A stretch of 64,000 nt of DNA, taken from NCBI GenBank assembly GCA_038849525.1, contig JAWCMS010000002.1:28322-92321 (forward strand). Direction: 5' to 3'. The notes beneath the pieces are model-generated. The model was not told the origin of the DNA. It made no database searches and worked only from the letters and a program-made list of their open reading frames with translations. Below are positions 56,168-64,000 of this stretch, one piece after another (position 1 is the stretch's first letter; every line of letters begins with the position of its first letter). Position numbers and translations under genes: made by a program. Source of the stretch: Candidatus Pacearchaeota archaeon (GTDB taxonomy: Archaea > Nanobdellota > Nanobdellia > Pacearchaeales > JAHJTO01).

Positions 56168-57106
56168 ATGAAACGTAAAATAATCAAGTTAGGCACGGCA
56201 ACTTTAGTAACCAGCTTGCCTGCAAAATGGATTAAGGAATTTGGATTAAAACAGGGCGACTATATTGATGTTGAAGAAATGAAAAGTAACCTTATCTTAT
56301 CAACAGAAAAAGAAATCGCTAAGGCAGAAAAGAAAATTGATCTTAAAGGAGTTAACACAAAGCTTGCATCTTATTATATCGAAGCGGCATACTGCATTGG
56401 CTATGATAGGATAGAGATTCTACATGAGCCTTATATTACAGAGTATAAAACGAACAGAAAGATATCAACATCAGAATTTATACAAAAAGAGGCAAATAGC
56501 TTTATAGGGATAGAAATTATTGAGCAATCCCCTGAAAAAACTGTTCTGAAAGATCTCGGTAAAGTGTCTGATACAGAGGCTGACAATATCTTAAGAAGGT
56601 GTTTTTTGCTTACAAAGGACATGTTCAATGAATGCTTTAATGCAATAAAAAATAAGAACAAGGAAGTTTTAAAAGAAATGGATAGCAGAGGTAACAATGT
56701 CCAGAGATTTATATATTATTATAAAAGAATATTGAATAAAAAAGGATACAAGGATTTTAACAAAACTGCTGTAATGTACCATAACATCGAAATTCTTGCG
56801 GATATTGTCGGTATAACAAAATACATTGCGAAAGAAAGCCTACTCTTCAGAAAAGATTACACTGAAAAAGCACTGAAAGTTTTTTCAATGACTACAGATT
56901 CAATAAACAAACTCGATTCTCTTTTCTTTACATTTTCAAAGGAAAAGTCAATGGAGATAATAAAAGAAAGGGCGCAGATATGGGAACTCATGAATACTGA
57001 AAAAAATAAGTCAACAGCGGAAGATGCTTATCTCTATTCTAAGTTAGCAATGATAGTTATGAATGTTTCTTATCTCGCTATTGGAAGGTTTTACTTAGAA
57101 TTATAA
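56168..57106 (+). CDS. AbrB/SpoVT-PhoU-like regulator (paralog of 11666-12622)
   Basis: KIIKLGTATLVTSLPAKWIKEFGLKQGDYI (AbrB-like). Conserved mid-domain GIEIIEQSPEKTVLKDL versus GVEIVEQNAEQIVIKDI in the paralog. Confidence 0.55.
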   Translation: MKRKIIKLGTATLVTSLPAKWIKEFGLKQGDYIDVEEMKSNLILSTEKEIAKAEKKIDLKGVNTKLASYYIEAAYCIGYDRIEILHEPYITEYKTNRKISTSEFIQKEANSFIGIEIIEQSPEKTVLKDLGKVSDTEADNILRRCFLLTKDMFNECFNAIKNKNKEVLKEMDSRGNNVQRFIYYYKRILNKKGYKDFNKTAVMYHNIEILADIVGITKYIAKESLLFRKDYTEKALKVFSMTTDSINKLDSLFFTFSKEKSMEIIKERAQIWELMNTEKNKSTAEDAYLYSKLAMIVMNVSYLAIGRFYLEL

Positions 57107-57898
57107 GGCGCAACAAGTACCAAAAATTTCATCTTTAGAACAATTTTCCCAAACTATCCATTCAGCATTTATAGGTTTTTTATCACAACAAACTTTAATG
57201 TTTACTTTATAATCAGAAGTTGGTACATAGATATCATCAATTTTTTTCATGACGCTTAAACGGATATTCTCATCTATCTCGCAATCCGAAAAATCAATAT
57301 AATAAGTGTTAGTTTCATCCTGAATAAAAGTTCCTTTGCAATTATCATCCAAAAAATTTCCTTCTTTATCTACTCTTACAATTTCATATTCTTCTGTAAG
57401 TTCCTTATTAGTTTCAAGTGCAATAATACAATTCCAAGCTAGACTACTAAGGTATACTTCAAGGAATGAGATTATTAGACCTAAAAAGAAAATGCTTATT
57501 GCCACAAAAAATAAAATTTTGTCAGTTTTTGTTGGTTTATTTTTTTGCACTAAAAAAAGTACAAATATTAAAAAAAGTATAGGTAATATTTCAGCGTGAT
57601 GGTTCATTCCAAATGAAGGAATTTTAAATATTAATGATGAGAGAAATATAATTAATGTAGCTATCATAGCAGCAAGATTTTTTCTTTTTATAAGAAAAGC
57701 AAGAATTAAAAATGCTAAACCTTCTATGGCCGTTCCGTAACCTATGCCAATTTTAAGTAAATGAGTTATATTGCCTAATTTAGCCCAAATGCTGATAGCA
57801 ATTGAGAGTATAACTCTGATGATAATTATCCAAAATGTCAAAATTAGAAATAAATTCGAGATGTTTTGCTTATCAAATTTTTTCATTTTCATCTTCAA
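57101..57898 (-). CDS. Membrane protein with C-terminal extracytoplasmic Cys-rich domain
   Basis: Five predicted TM helices, then a domain with 9 Cys (CIIAL..., DNCKG, SDCEID, VCCDKK, ENCSKD, GTCCAL). Confidence 0.35.
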   Translation of the reverse strand: MKMKMKKFDKQNISNLFLILTFWIIIIRVILSIAISIWAKLGNITHLLKIGIGYGTAIEGLAFLILAFLIKRKNLAAMIATLIIFLSSLIFKIPSFGMNHHAEILPILFLIFVLFLVQKNKPTKTDKILFFVAISIFFLGLIISFLEVYLSSLAWNCIIALETNKELTEEYEIVRVDKEGNFLDDNCKGTFIQDETNTYYIDFSDCEIDENIRLSVMKKIDDIYVPTSDYKVNIKVCCDKKPINAEWIVWENCSKDEIFGTCCAL

Positions 57899-58649
57899 AA
57901 ATTATTTTAAGAAGCTCTGATGGTTCATTTATTTTATAAGAAATGTCTTTTAATTGTGACAAATCTTTATTTGCATATCTGAATGCAACCGTCTTATATT
58001 TTAATTTATGTGCTCCTACAAGCTCATCAGTATCATGACCGATAAAAATAACTTCATCTTTCTTTAGCCCGTGTTTTTTCAAAGCAGTTTCGAAAAATTT
58101 TGCATCCGGCTTACATACATGAACATCTTTTGAGGATATAATATCTGAAATTTCTGAACCGTATCCTATTTTTTTCAGCGATTCCTGAAGTTCATAGCCG
58201 TGCTTTGTCGCATCTGTAAGAACTATTATTTTGATTCCTTCCCTTGCGATCTGTTCAAGAACTTCTTTCACTCCAGGAATAACTTTTGGAGATTTTTTAT
58301 TTTGGTTGATATAATTCATTAAATCATTATAGTATTTTTCAATCATTAATTCCTTAAGGGTATCTTTATATGCATCCTTTCTTTCATAACCTTCAATTGT
58401 CTGAGCCTTGGTTTTATATTTATTATATATTTTCTTAAATTTTTCTTCATTAATGTTGCTAAAAGAAGATGTTTCTTTTGGAATTTCATCTTCTTTATCT
58501 GCTATAAAATTTTTACTTTTAAGATAATCAAATAATTCATTTTTCTGTTTACTATCTTCAAACAAAATGTTCCCGCCATCTATAAGTAGTGCTTTTATTT
58601 TATTTGTCATTTTTCTTTTTTTCATGTTTCTTAGAAACTTCCTTTGCAA
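57873..58649 (-). CDS. HAD-superfamily hydrolase
   Basis: LIDGGNILF (degenerate motif I), ...IVLTDATKHG..., ...VCKPDAKFF..., ...IGHDTDELVGA (motifs II-IV). Confidence 0.55.
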   Translation of the reverse strand: MQRKFLRNMKKRKMTNKIKALLIDGGNILFEDSKQKNELFDYLKSKNFIADKEDEIPKETSSFSNINEEKFKKIYNKYKTKAQTIEGYERKDAYKDTLKELMIEKYYNDLMNYINQNKKSPKVIPGVKEVLEQIAREGIKIIVLTDATKHGYELQESLKKIGYGSEISDIISSKDVHVCKPDAKFFETALKKHGLKKDEVIFIGHDTDELVGAHKLKYKTVAFRYANKDLSQLKDISYKINEPSELLKIIFEDENEKI

Positions 58650-59214
58650 TTATGCCTTCTAATTCTTTCTGATCTGTCTTAACCTTGTCAAAAAGATAGC
58701 TAAAGTCATTTAGTGTAATGTCACGCTCCTTGTTTATTATTTGTTTCATCTCACTCAAAGGCATATTTTCTCTATAAAGATGAGTTTTACCATATACTTT
58801 TAAAGTTTCTAGAAAGTTATCCTTTATTTTATTATAGTGAGTCGTTCCAGGTTTAATTGAATCATAAATTAGAGGGTTAATTGAATTAATGATTTCGTTG
58901 CTTTCTTGTATTTTTTCATTCGTATCTTCTATGGTGTTAACAATATCTCTTCTAAGAATAATTCCTTCAAATAAACTATTTTTTTGAGCAAGAGGCTTTA
59001 CTTTTATAGAGTATATTCCTATATAGCTTCCAAGTATAATTGCAGCTATAGAAGCGATAGTTACTACCTTCTTCTTTAAAGAATTATAATAATTTTTAAT
59101 TTCCTTTATTTCCTTTGATTTTTTGGCCATAGCTTCTATTATTGTCTTATCTATTACTTTAATGTCTTCTTGGTAAATCGCATTTACGTCCTTGATTTGG
59201 TTTTCAGTTTTCAT
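58600..59214 (-). CDS. Membrane-anchored hypothetical protein
   Basis: Single TM (VVTIASIAAIILGSYIGIY) with coiled-coil flanks. Confidence 0.3.
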   Translation of the reverse strand: MKTENQIKDVNAIYQEDIKVIDKTIIEAMAKKSKEIKEIKNYYNSLKKKVVTIASIAAIILGSYIGIYSIKVKPLAQKNSLFEGIILRRDIVNTIEDTNEKIQESNEIINSINPLIYDSIKPGTTHYNKIKDNFLETLKVYGKTHLYRENMPLSEMKQIINKERDITLNDFSYLFDKVKTDQKELEGIIAKEVSKKHEKKKNDK

Positions 59215-60317
59215 ATTTTTATCTCCTTGATTTTCGCATAATTTTTTACATTTGTCAGAAGATCCTCTTTTGCATGCTCTGCTTTTCTGGCAGCGACTTC
59301 AAATATTTTTGGATCATATTTGTTTTTAGCCAAAAATTTCTTGTCATTCATCACTTCTCTATATTCTTTAGCTTTTTTCTCTGCAAATCCAGCTAATTTT
59401 ATGTATTCATGAATTCTTGCTAATGAATAAATTTCTTTGAATTTTTCGAAATTTTGGTTTATACTTAATTTTGAGTATAACATTTCAATAGCCTTATTTT
59501 CCTTTTCAGCATTATTTTCCCAGCCAAATGAAAAGATGATTCTCGCCAAGTCTGTTTGTGGTACACCATACATCGCTCTTGACCAGTCTATAATCCATAA
59601 GTCTCCATTTTTCTTCAAGATTATATTGCTAAAATGAAGATCCCCATGAGTCAAACCACTTCTATTGGCATTAAGTTTATCTGAAATATTCTTATAATCA
59701 AATTTTTGGGTAAAGCCAAATGATTCATATTCCTTCCAGTAGTCTGATTTTTCAATTAGTTTTTTGATCCTCTTGTTTAAAGGAATAGAGTGATACGCCA
59801 CAATGTTGTCTATTATTTTTTCAAGGGTGTTTTCTTTTTCCTCATAGCTCATTTGGAATACTTTCTTTGCCAAATCAATATCTTCTTTATCCAAAAGTTC
59901 GAAGGCAATAAATTCAGAATTATTGTAAATATTTGATAATACAATTTTATTATTTAGTTGTTCTCCAAGATAATCAGAAATAACCTTTTCTTTCTCTATC
60001 TCGTGCTTTTCAGCATTTTTCCCAAAACATATAAACTCTGTTCCGTTTGGAAATCCCATTTTAACATAAACGCAATCAGGATGGCCACTTTTTTTATTTG
60101 CACTTGATATAAATTCATCTGTTCTGATAAAATCATTGAGTTTATTGTATTCTGATTTCGTAAGCTCTCCATTTTTCAATTTTTCCTTTATGCCATATTC
60201 GATTAATTCAGCGATAAACTTATCAATACCTGAACTAACGAACTGATTAAGGCATTCATTATCATAATTTTCTTCCATTTTAACTTTCTTCATATATTTC
60301 TTATATACGCTTAACAT
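59211..60317 (-). CDS. Aminoglycoside-phosphotransferase/choline-kinase-like (APH-family) small-molecule kinase
   Basis: Catalytic loop LTHGDLHFSNIIL and metal-binding IIDWSRA (HGDxxxxN...IDWE pattern). Confidence 0.7.
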   Translation of the reverse strand: MLSVYKKYMKKVKMEENYDNECLNQFVSSGIDKFIAELIEYGIKEKLKNGELTKSEYNKLNDFIRTDEFISSANKKSGHPDCVYVKMGFPNGTEFICFGKNAEKHEIEKEKVISDYLGEQLNNKIVLSNIYNNSEFIAFELLDKEDIDLAKKVFQMSYEEKENTLEKIIDNIVAYHSIPLNKRIKKLIEKSDYWKEYESFGFTQKFDYKNISDKLNANRSGLTHGDLHFSNIILKKNGDLWIIDWSRAMYGVPQTDLARIIFSFGWENNAEKENKAIEMLYSKLSINQNFEKFKEIYSLARIHEYIKLAGFAEKKAKEYREVMNDKKFLAKNKYDPKIFEVAARKAEHAKEDLLTNVKNYAKIKEIKI

Positions 60318-60459
60318 AAGATATTTTTAAACCTTTCTATCAGTTACTATTATGAGGTAATAAAATAATTTAGATTTCCTGTTGAACAGTATAAAACCCC
60401 CAACCATGATAAAGATTAAAAGCCCCTTTTTATTATTTATAGTATAAAAAAGAGGAATC

Positions 60460-62646
60460 ATGAATGAAAAAGAAATTTTGAAGTTTTCAAAAGAATATGC
60501 GAAAAAAGCCGGCTTTGTTTTGAATAAAGACAAAAAGCAGTTAGATTATATTATAAAAAGCTTGAAAAAGAATGAAGAAAAATATGGTTTTAGATTCTGT
60601 CCTTGTCGTGTTGTTACAGGCAATTTTGAAGAAGACAGAATAATAATCTGTCCTTGTATTTATCATAAGCAAGAGATTAAGGATATGGGGCATTGCTTAT
60701 GCAGATTATTTTTTGATCCTAAAAGAATTGTTAAAGGAGAAATCTGTGAGATTGAAGAAAAAAAGCAATTAGAAAGTTGGGTTAATGAAAAGCTTGTTCA
60801 AAAATCAAGAAAAGACAATGCTTCTTTTGTTATTGACAGATTTTCTGAACAACAGCCACAATGCAATTTTGGCTTATCAGGAGTGTGTTGCAAGAACTGC
60901 AATATGGGTCCTTGTCGCATTACTGAAAAAGCATCAAAAGGAGTATGCGGAGCAGATGCAAATGTCATATGCGCAAGAAATTTATTAAGAACAATCAGCG
61001 CAGGAGCATGCTGCCATGTTGAGCATGCTCGTGAAAATGCCTTGCTGTTATGGAAAATAGGATTGAAGAAAACAAAAGCTTATTCTATTAAAGATAAAGA
61101 AAAACTGAAATTGATTGAAAAAAAGCTTGGCAAGAAATCATCTTCAATTAACAAATCTGCTCTTAATGTTTCTTTGGAAGCATTTGAAGATTTCAGAAGG
61201 CAACATGGAGTTTTTCATAAATCAGAAGGCAATTATCTAAATTGGTTAAGAATAAATGCTCCAAAATATCTGCAAGATGAATGGAAAGAATTAGATATTC
61301 TTCCTGAAAATGCAGACATTGAGACAACAAGAATAAATCATGCCACAACAATGGGCAATGATGCAGATGCAAATTCTTTGCTTTTGCAATGTTTAAAGCT
61401 TGGATTAGTTGACGGCTATGCTGGATTAAGAATGGCTACTGACTTGCAGGATATAATGTTCGGAACTCCTAAATTGATTAAAGCAGAGGCTAATCTTGGA
61501 ACAATAAAGGAAGATTACATCAATTTAGCTGTCCATGGACATATTCCTCTTCTTGCAGAAAAAGTGCTTGAATGGAGTAAAAAATTAGAAAATGATGCTA
61601 AAAAAGCAGGAGCAAAAGGAATAAACATTGTTGGGGTTTGCTGTCAGGCAAATGAAATGGTTCAAAGGCATGGAATTGCAATGGCTAGCCATACAATGCA
61701 GGCTGAATTGGCTTTAGTGACTGGAGCAATAGAAGCAATGGTCGTTGATGCACAATGCATTTATCCAAGTTTGGCAAGTGTTGCAAGCTGTTATCATACT
61801 AAGCTTATTACAACAATGGTTGCAAAACTGCCAGGAGCAATATATATTCCTTTTAAAATAGAAACTGCAGATGAGCAAGCAAAACAAATAGTAAGAATTG
61901 CAATTGATAACTTCAAGAATCGAAATAAGTCAAAAGTCTATATTCCAAATCAGAAAATGGAATTGTATTCTGGATTCTCAGTTGAGCAGATAATAGAGGC
62001 ATTATCCAAACTGAATAAAAAAGAGCCACTAAAGCCATTATTGGACAATATCAAATCAGGAAACATAAAAGGAATTGTTGCAATAGTCGGCTGCAGAAAT
62101 CCTAAATTAAGAGGACAGAAGTTCTGCGAAACTTTAATTAAAAAACTTCTGAAAGAAAATATTCTCGTTGTAACAACAGGATGCATTTCTCATGCAGCTG
62201 CGCAAGAAGGCTTAATGAAGCCTGATGCAATAAGATATTGTGGAGACAAATTAAAATCTGTATTGATTGCAATAGGAAAGGCAAACAATCTTCCTGCTTT
62301 GCCTCCTGTCTTACATATGGGCAGCTGTGTTGATAACTCAAGAATTATTAGATTAGTCTGTGAAATTTCAAATTACAGCAAGATTCCAATCTCTAAACTT
62401 CCTATATTAGCCTCTGCTCCTGAATTAGTTACTGAAAAGGCAGTTGCGATAGGAACAAATGCATTATGCCATGGATTGACTGTTCATGTAAATCCGCCTT
62501 TATGGACATCCGGAGCAAAATTACTAGAAAGTAAGCTTTCAAATCTTCCAAATGGAGGAAAAATATTCTATGAAGATGATGTTGATGAGGCCGCAAAGAA
62601 AATTTTAAAAATTATTGAAGAAAAGAGAAGAATATTAAAGATTTAG
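60460..62646 (+). CDS. cooS: Ni,Fe carbon-monoxide dehydrogenase catalytic subunit (CooS/CODH family) with N-terminal ferredoxin:thioredoxin-reductase-catalytic-subunit-like domain
   Basis: N-terminal ~90 aa: FCPCR...x14...CPCIYH...GHCLCRLFF (FTR CPC/CPC/CHC-like). Then CooS B/D-cluster motif QCNFGLSGVCCKNCNMGPCRI. C-cluster ligands VHGHIPLL, GVCCQANE, DAQCIYPS, GCRNPK, TGCISHAA, HMGSCVDNSR. Confidence 0.75.
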   Translation: MNEKEILKFSKEYAKKAGFVLNKDKKQLDYIIKSLKKNEEKYGFRFCPCRVVTGNFEEDRIIICPCIYHKQEIKDMGHCLCRLFFDPKRIVKGEICEIEEKKQLESWVNEKLVQKSRKDNASFVIDRFSEQQPQCNFGLSGVCCKNCNMGPCRITEKASKGVCGADANVICARNLLRTISAGACCHVEHARENALLLWKIGLKKTKAYSIKDKEKLKLIEKKLGKKSSSINKSALNVSLEAFEDFRRQHGVFHKSEGNYLNWLRINAPKYLQDEWKELDILPENADIETTRINHATTMGNDADANSLLLQCLKLGLVDGYAGLRMATDLQDIMFGTPKLIKAEANLGTIKEDYINLAVHGHIPLLAEKVLEWSKKLENDAKKAGAKGINIVGVCCQANEMVQRHGIAMASHTMQAELALVTGAIEAMVVDAQCIYPSLASVASCYHTKLITTMVAKLPGAIYIPFKIETADEQAKQIVRIAIDNFKNRNKSKVYIPNQKMELYSGFSVEQIIEALSKLNKKEPLKPLLDNIKSGNIKGIVAIVGCRNPKLRGQKFCETLIKKLLKENILVVTTGCISHAAAQEGLMKPDAIRYCGDKLKSVLIAIGKANNLPALPPVLHMGSCVDNSRIIRLVCEISNYSKIPISKLPILASAPELVTEKAVAIGTNALCHGLTVHVNPPLWTSGAKLLESKLSNLPNGGKIFYEDDVDEAAKKILKIIEEKRRILKI

Positions 62647-62651
62647 AGAAA

Positions 62652-62849
62652 ATGGAAAAGTATATAGCAATTCAAAAGCAAATGTGTATTTGGAGGCATA
62701 TTCTTATTTATAAAGGAGGCAGCACAGCTGAAGGCATGAGAAAGAGTATAGACAGAGGTTATAACATTAAAGATTGTCATAAATGTTTTGGATACGATTC
62801 TAAATGTTCTGCTTATTGTTCTTTAAAGAAAAATAGCATTAAGGAATAA
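62652..62849 (+). CDS. Small Cys-rich ORF (candidate peptide)
   Basis: 65 aa with a C-terminal KDCHKCFGYDSKCSAYCS Cys cluster. It converges on and slightly overlaps the 3' end of the rSAM/SPASM gene. Coding status is uncertain. Confidence 0.3.
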   Translation: MEKYIAIQKQMCIWRHILIYKGGSTAEGMRKSIDRGYNIKDCHKCFGYDSKCSAYCSLKKNSIKE

Positions 62850-63939
62850 TTTCAGGCCCAAAATATTTTTCATGTTCAAATTGAGATTCTTTGATTATTC
62901 CACTTTCAATTAAACTTTTAACTTCTGGCATTTTTGTTTTTAATTCACTAATCAAATGCTTGACTGTTTTGCAAATCAAGTCATTTCCTTCTTCAGGCCA
63001 TAAATTACTGTAATTCCAGTACAAACATCTGCCTCCACAAATGTCTTTATCAGAACATTTCAAACATCTTCCTTTGATTTGGAATTTTTTCAATTTTAAA
63101 GGGTTTGAATTTAAATCGCCTGCATAAAATGTTTCAATAGAATTCATAATCGGGCAAGCAGAAATTTTTCCTGAAGTTGTTATGGCATATCCAGAATGTC
63201 CTGCTCCGCATCTCATTAAAGTTTTTTTATTTTGCAACAAGTCTTGCATAATATCAACAAAAGGATATAACATAATAACTCTTCCTTTTCTCATCTCAGA
63301 AATCCAGAAATCGATTAATCTTGAAATTGACTTATTATATTCATTAACAAATTTGCTGAATTTTTCTTTATTAAAATCAAATTTATAGAATCCTGCATCT
63401 AACTGCCAGTGAATAGATTTAAAACCTATTGACAAAAGATGCATAACCTGTTCATACAAATCAGGCTTGTTGATTGTCATTCTTGCAATTAACTCTCCTT
63501 TGTAGCCATTTTTTTTGATTAAAGCAATATTTTGCATGACTATATCATAAGTTCCTTTTCCCCGATTAAAATCAGTCCTTTCTTTATTGCCATCCAAAGA
63601 AACAAGAATCTTATCAATTCTGTTCAAATATTCAGAAGGCAATTTGTTCAAAAGTTTCCCATTGGTCTGCATTCTAAAAGAAATATCGAGATTATCCATA
63701 ATTTCTTTTATCTTTTCAATTTCAAGCAATGGCTCTCCGCCATAAAAAATAAGTACTGCATTCTTGTCTTTTAATAGAAATCTATTTAGTTTTTTAATAT
63801 CAACTTCTGATTTCTCAGGTGCTGAAAAATCAAATTTAAATATTTTATTGAGTTCATTACCAAATTCATTCATTGATTTTTCATAACAATATTTGCATTT
63901 AGAATTGCATAATTCAGTTAGTATGATATGATAATACAT
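62839..63939 (-). CDS. Radical SAM enzyme with C-terminal SPASM domain (anSME / peptide-modifying maturase family)
   Basis: CNSKCKYC (CxxxCxxC) near the N-terminus. SPASM auxiliary-cluster Cys: CGAGHSGYAITTSGKISACP and CLKCSDKDICGGRC. Confidence 0.8.
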   Translation of the reverse strand: MYYHIILTELCNSKCKYCYEKSMNEFGNELNKIFKFDFSAPEKSEVDIKKLNRFLLKDKNAVLIFYGGEPLLEIEKIKEIMDNLDISFRMQTNGKLLNKLPSEYLNRIDKILVSLDGNKERTDFNRGKGTYDIVMQNIALIKKNGYKGELIARMTINKPDLYEQVMHLLSIGFKSIHWQLDAGFYKFDFNKEKFSKFVNEYNKSISRLIDFWISEMRKGRVIMLYPFVDIMQDLLQNKKTLMRCGAGHSGYAITTSGKISACPIMNSIETFYAGDLNSNPLKLKKFQIKGRCLKCSDKDICGGRCLYWNYSNLWPEEGNDLICKTVKHLISELKTKMPEVKSLIESGIIKESQFEHEKYFGPEIIP

Positions 63940-64000
63940 GATTTTGTCTGATTAATAAGATATTTAAATTTAAAGAAAATTAAAAATGAATGGTTTTTTC

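Noticed and set aside
1-64000. CRISPR arrays, IS elements/transposases, integrases, rRNA genes
   Set aside because: No regularly spaced direct repeats. No DDE/serine/tyrosine recombinase-like ORFs. No rRNA-like GC-rich blocks. The only GC-rich islands are the four tRNAs and one CDS tail.

Overview
AT-rich (~30% GC) archaeal chromosomal segment with about 80 protein genes, four tRNAs, and no rRNA, CRISPR array or recognisable transposase. The lineage is most likely a DPANN-type archaeon (Woesearchaeota/Pacearchaeota-like). It is archaeal because it carries a group II chaperonin (thermosome), ribosomal proteins L35Ae and L10e, archaeosine-type tRNA-guanine transglycosylase, Elp3, an archaeal GluRS, and tRNA introns at the canonical 37/38 position. 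Housekeeping genes: thermosome, ndk, tgt, ppsA, gltX, thrS, elp3, rpl35ae, rpl10e. There is a compact lipoylation cluster (LplA-N-like ligase, LipA, DUF169, GcvH). There is an Fe-S/redox island (IscS, IscU, DUF1858, flavodoxin-like, Mth938-like, ferritin-like, cupredoxin, glutaredoxin, ferredoxin). Four tRNAs lie on the minus strand; tRNA-Asp and tRNA-Tyr carry introns, the Tyr one about 59 nt. Items I consider most worth follow-up: (1) a Ni-CODH (CooS) catalytic subunit with all C-cluster ligands, fused at its N-terminus to a ferredoxin:thioredoxin-reductase-like CPC/CPC/HC-x-C domain, and sitting next to a radical-SAM/SPASM enzyme and a small Cys-rich ORF. (2) An AbiEii-type nucleotidyltransferase immediately upstream of a nucleoside 2-deoxyribosyltransferase-like (SLOG-like) protein, beside a tRNA pair; this may be a two-gene nucleotide-centred conflict module. 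(3) A block in which two roughly 60%-identical CBS-pair + zinc-ribbon paralogs bracket an AbrB/SpoVT-PhoU-like regulator and a tandem pair of divergent protein-kinase-like paralogs, one of which has lost the catalytic Asp. (4) Two paralogous Pol-beta nucleotidyltransferase + KNTase-like helical-domain proteins, one with long coiled-coil extensions. (5) Several bacterial-type envelope genes in an archaeon: SLT lytic transglycosylase with LysM, signal peptidase II, a secreted metzincin, and a bacterial-type ThrRS. All functional calls come from motif recognition by eye. None has been confirmed by a database search.
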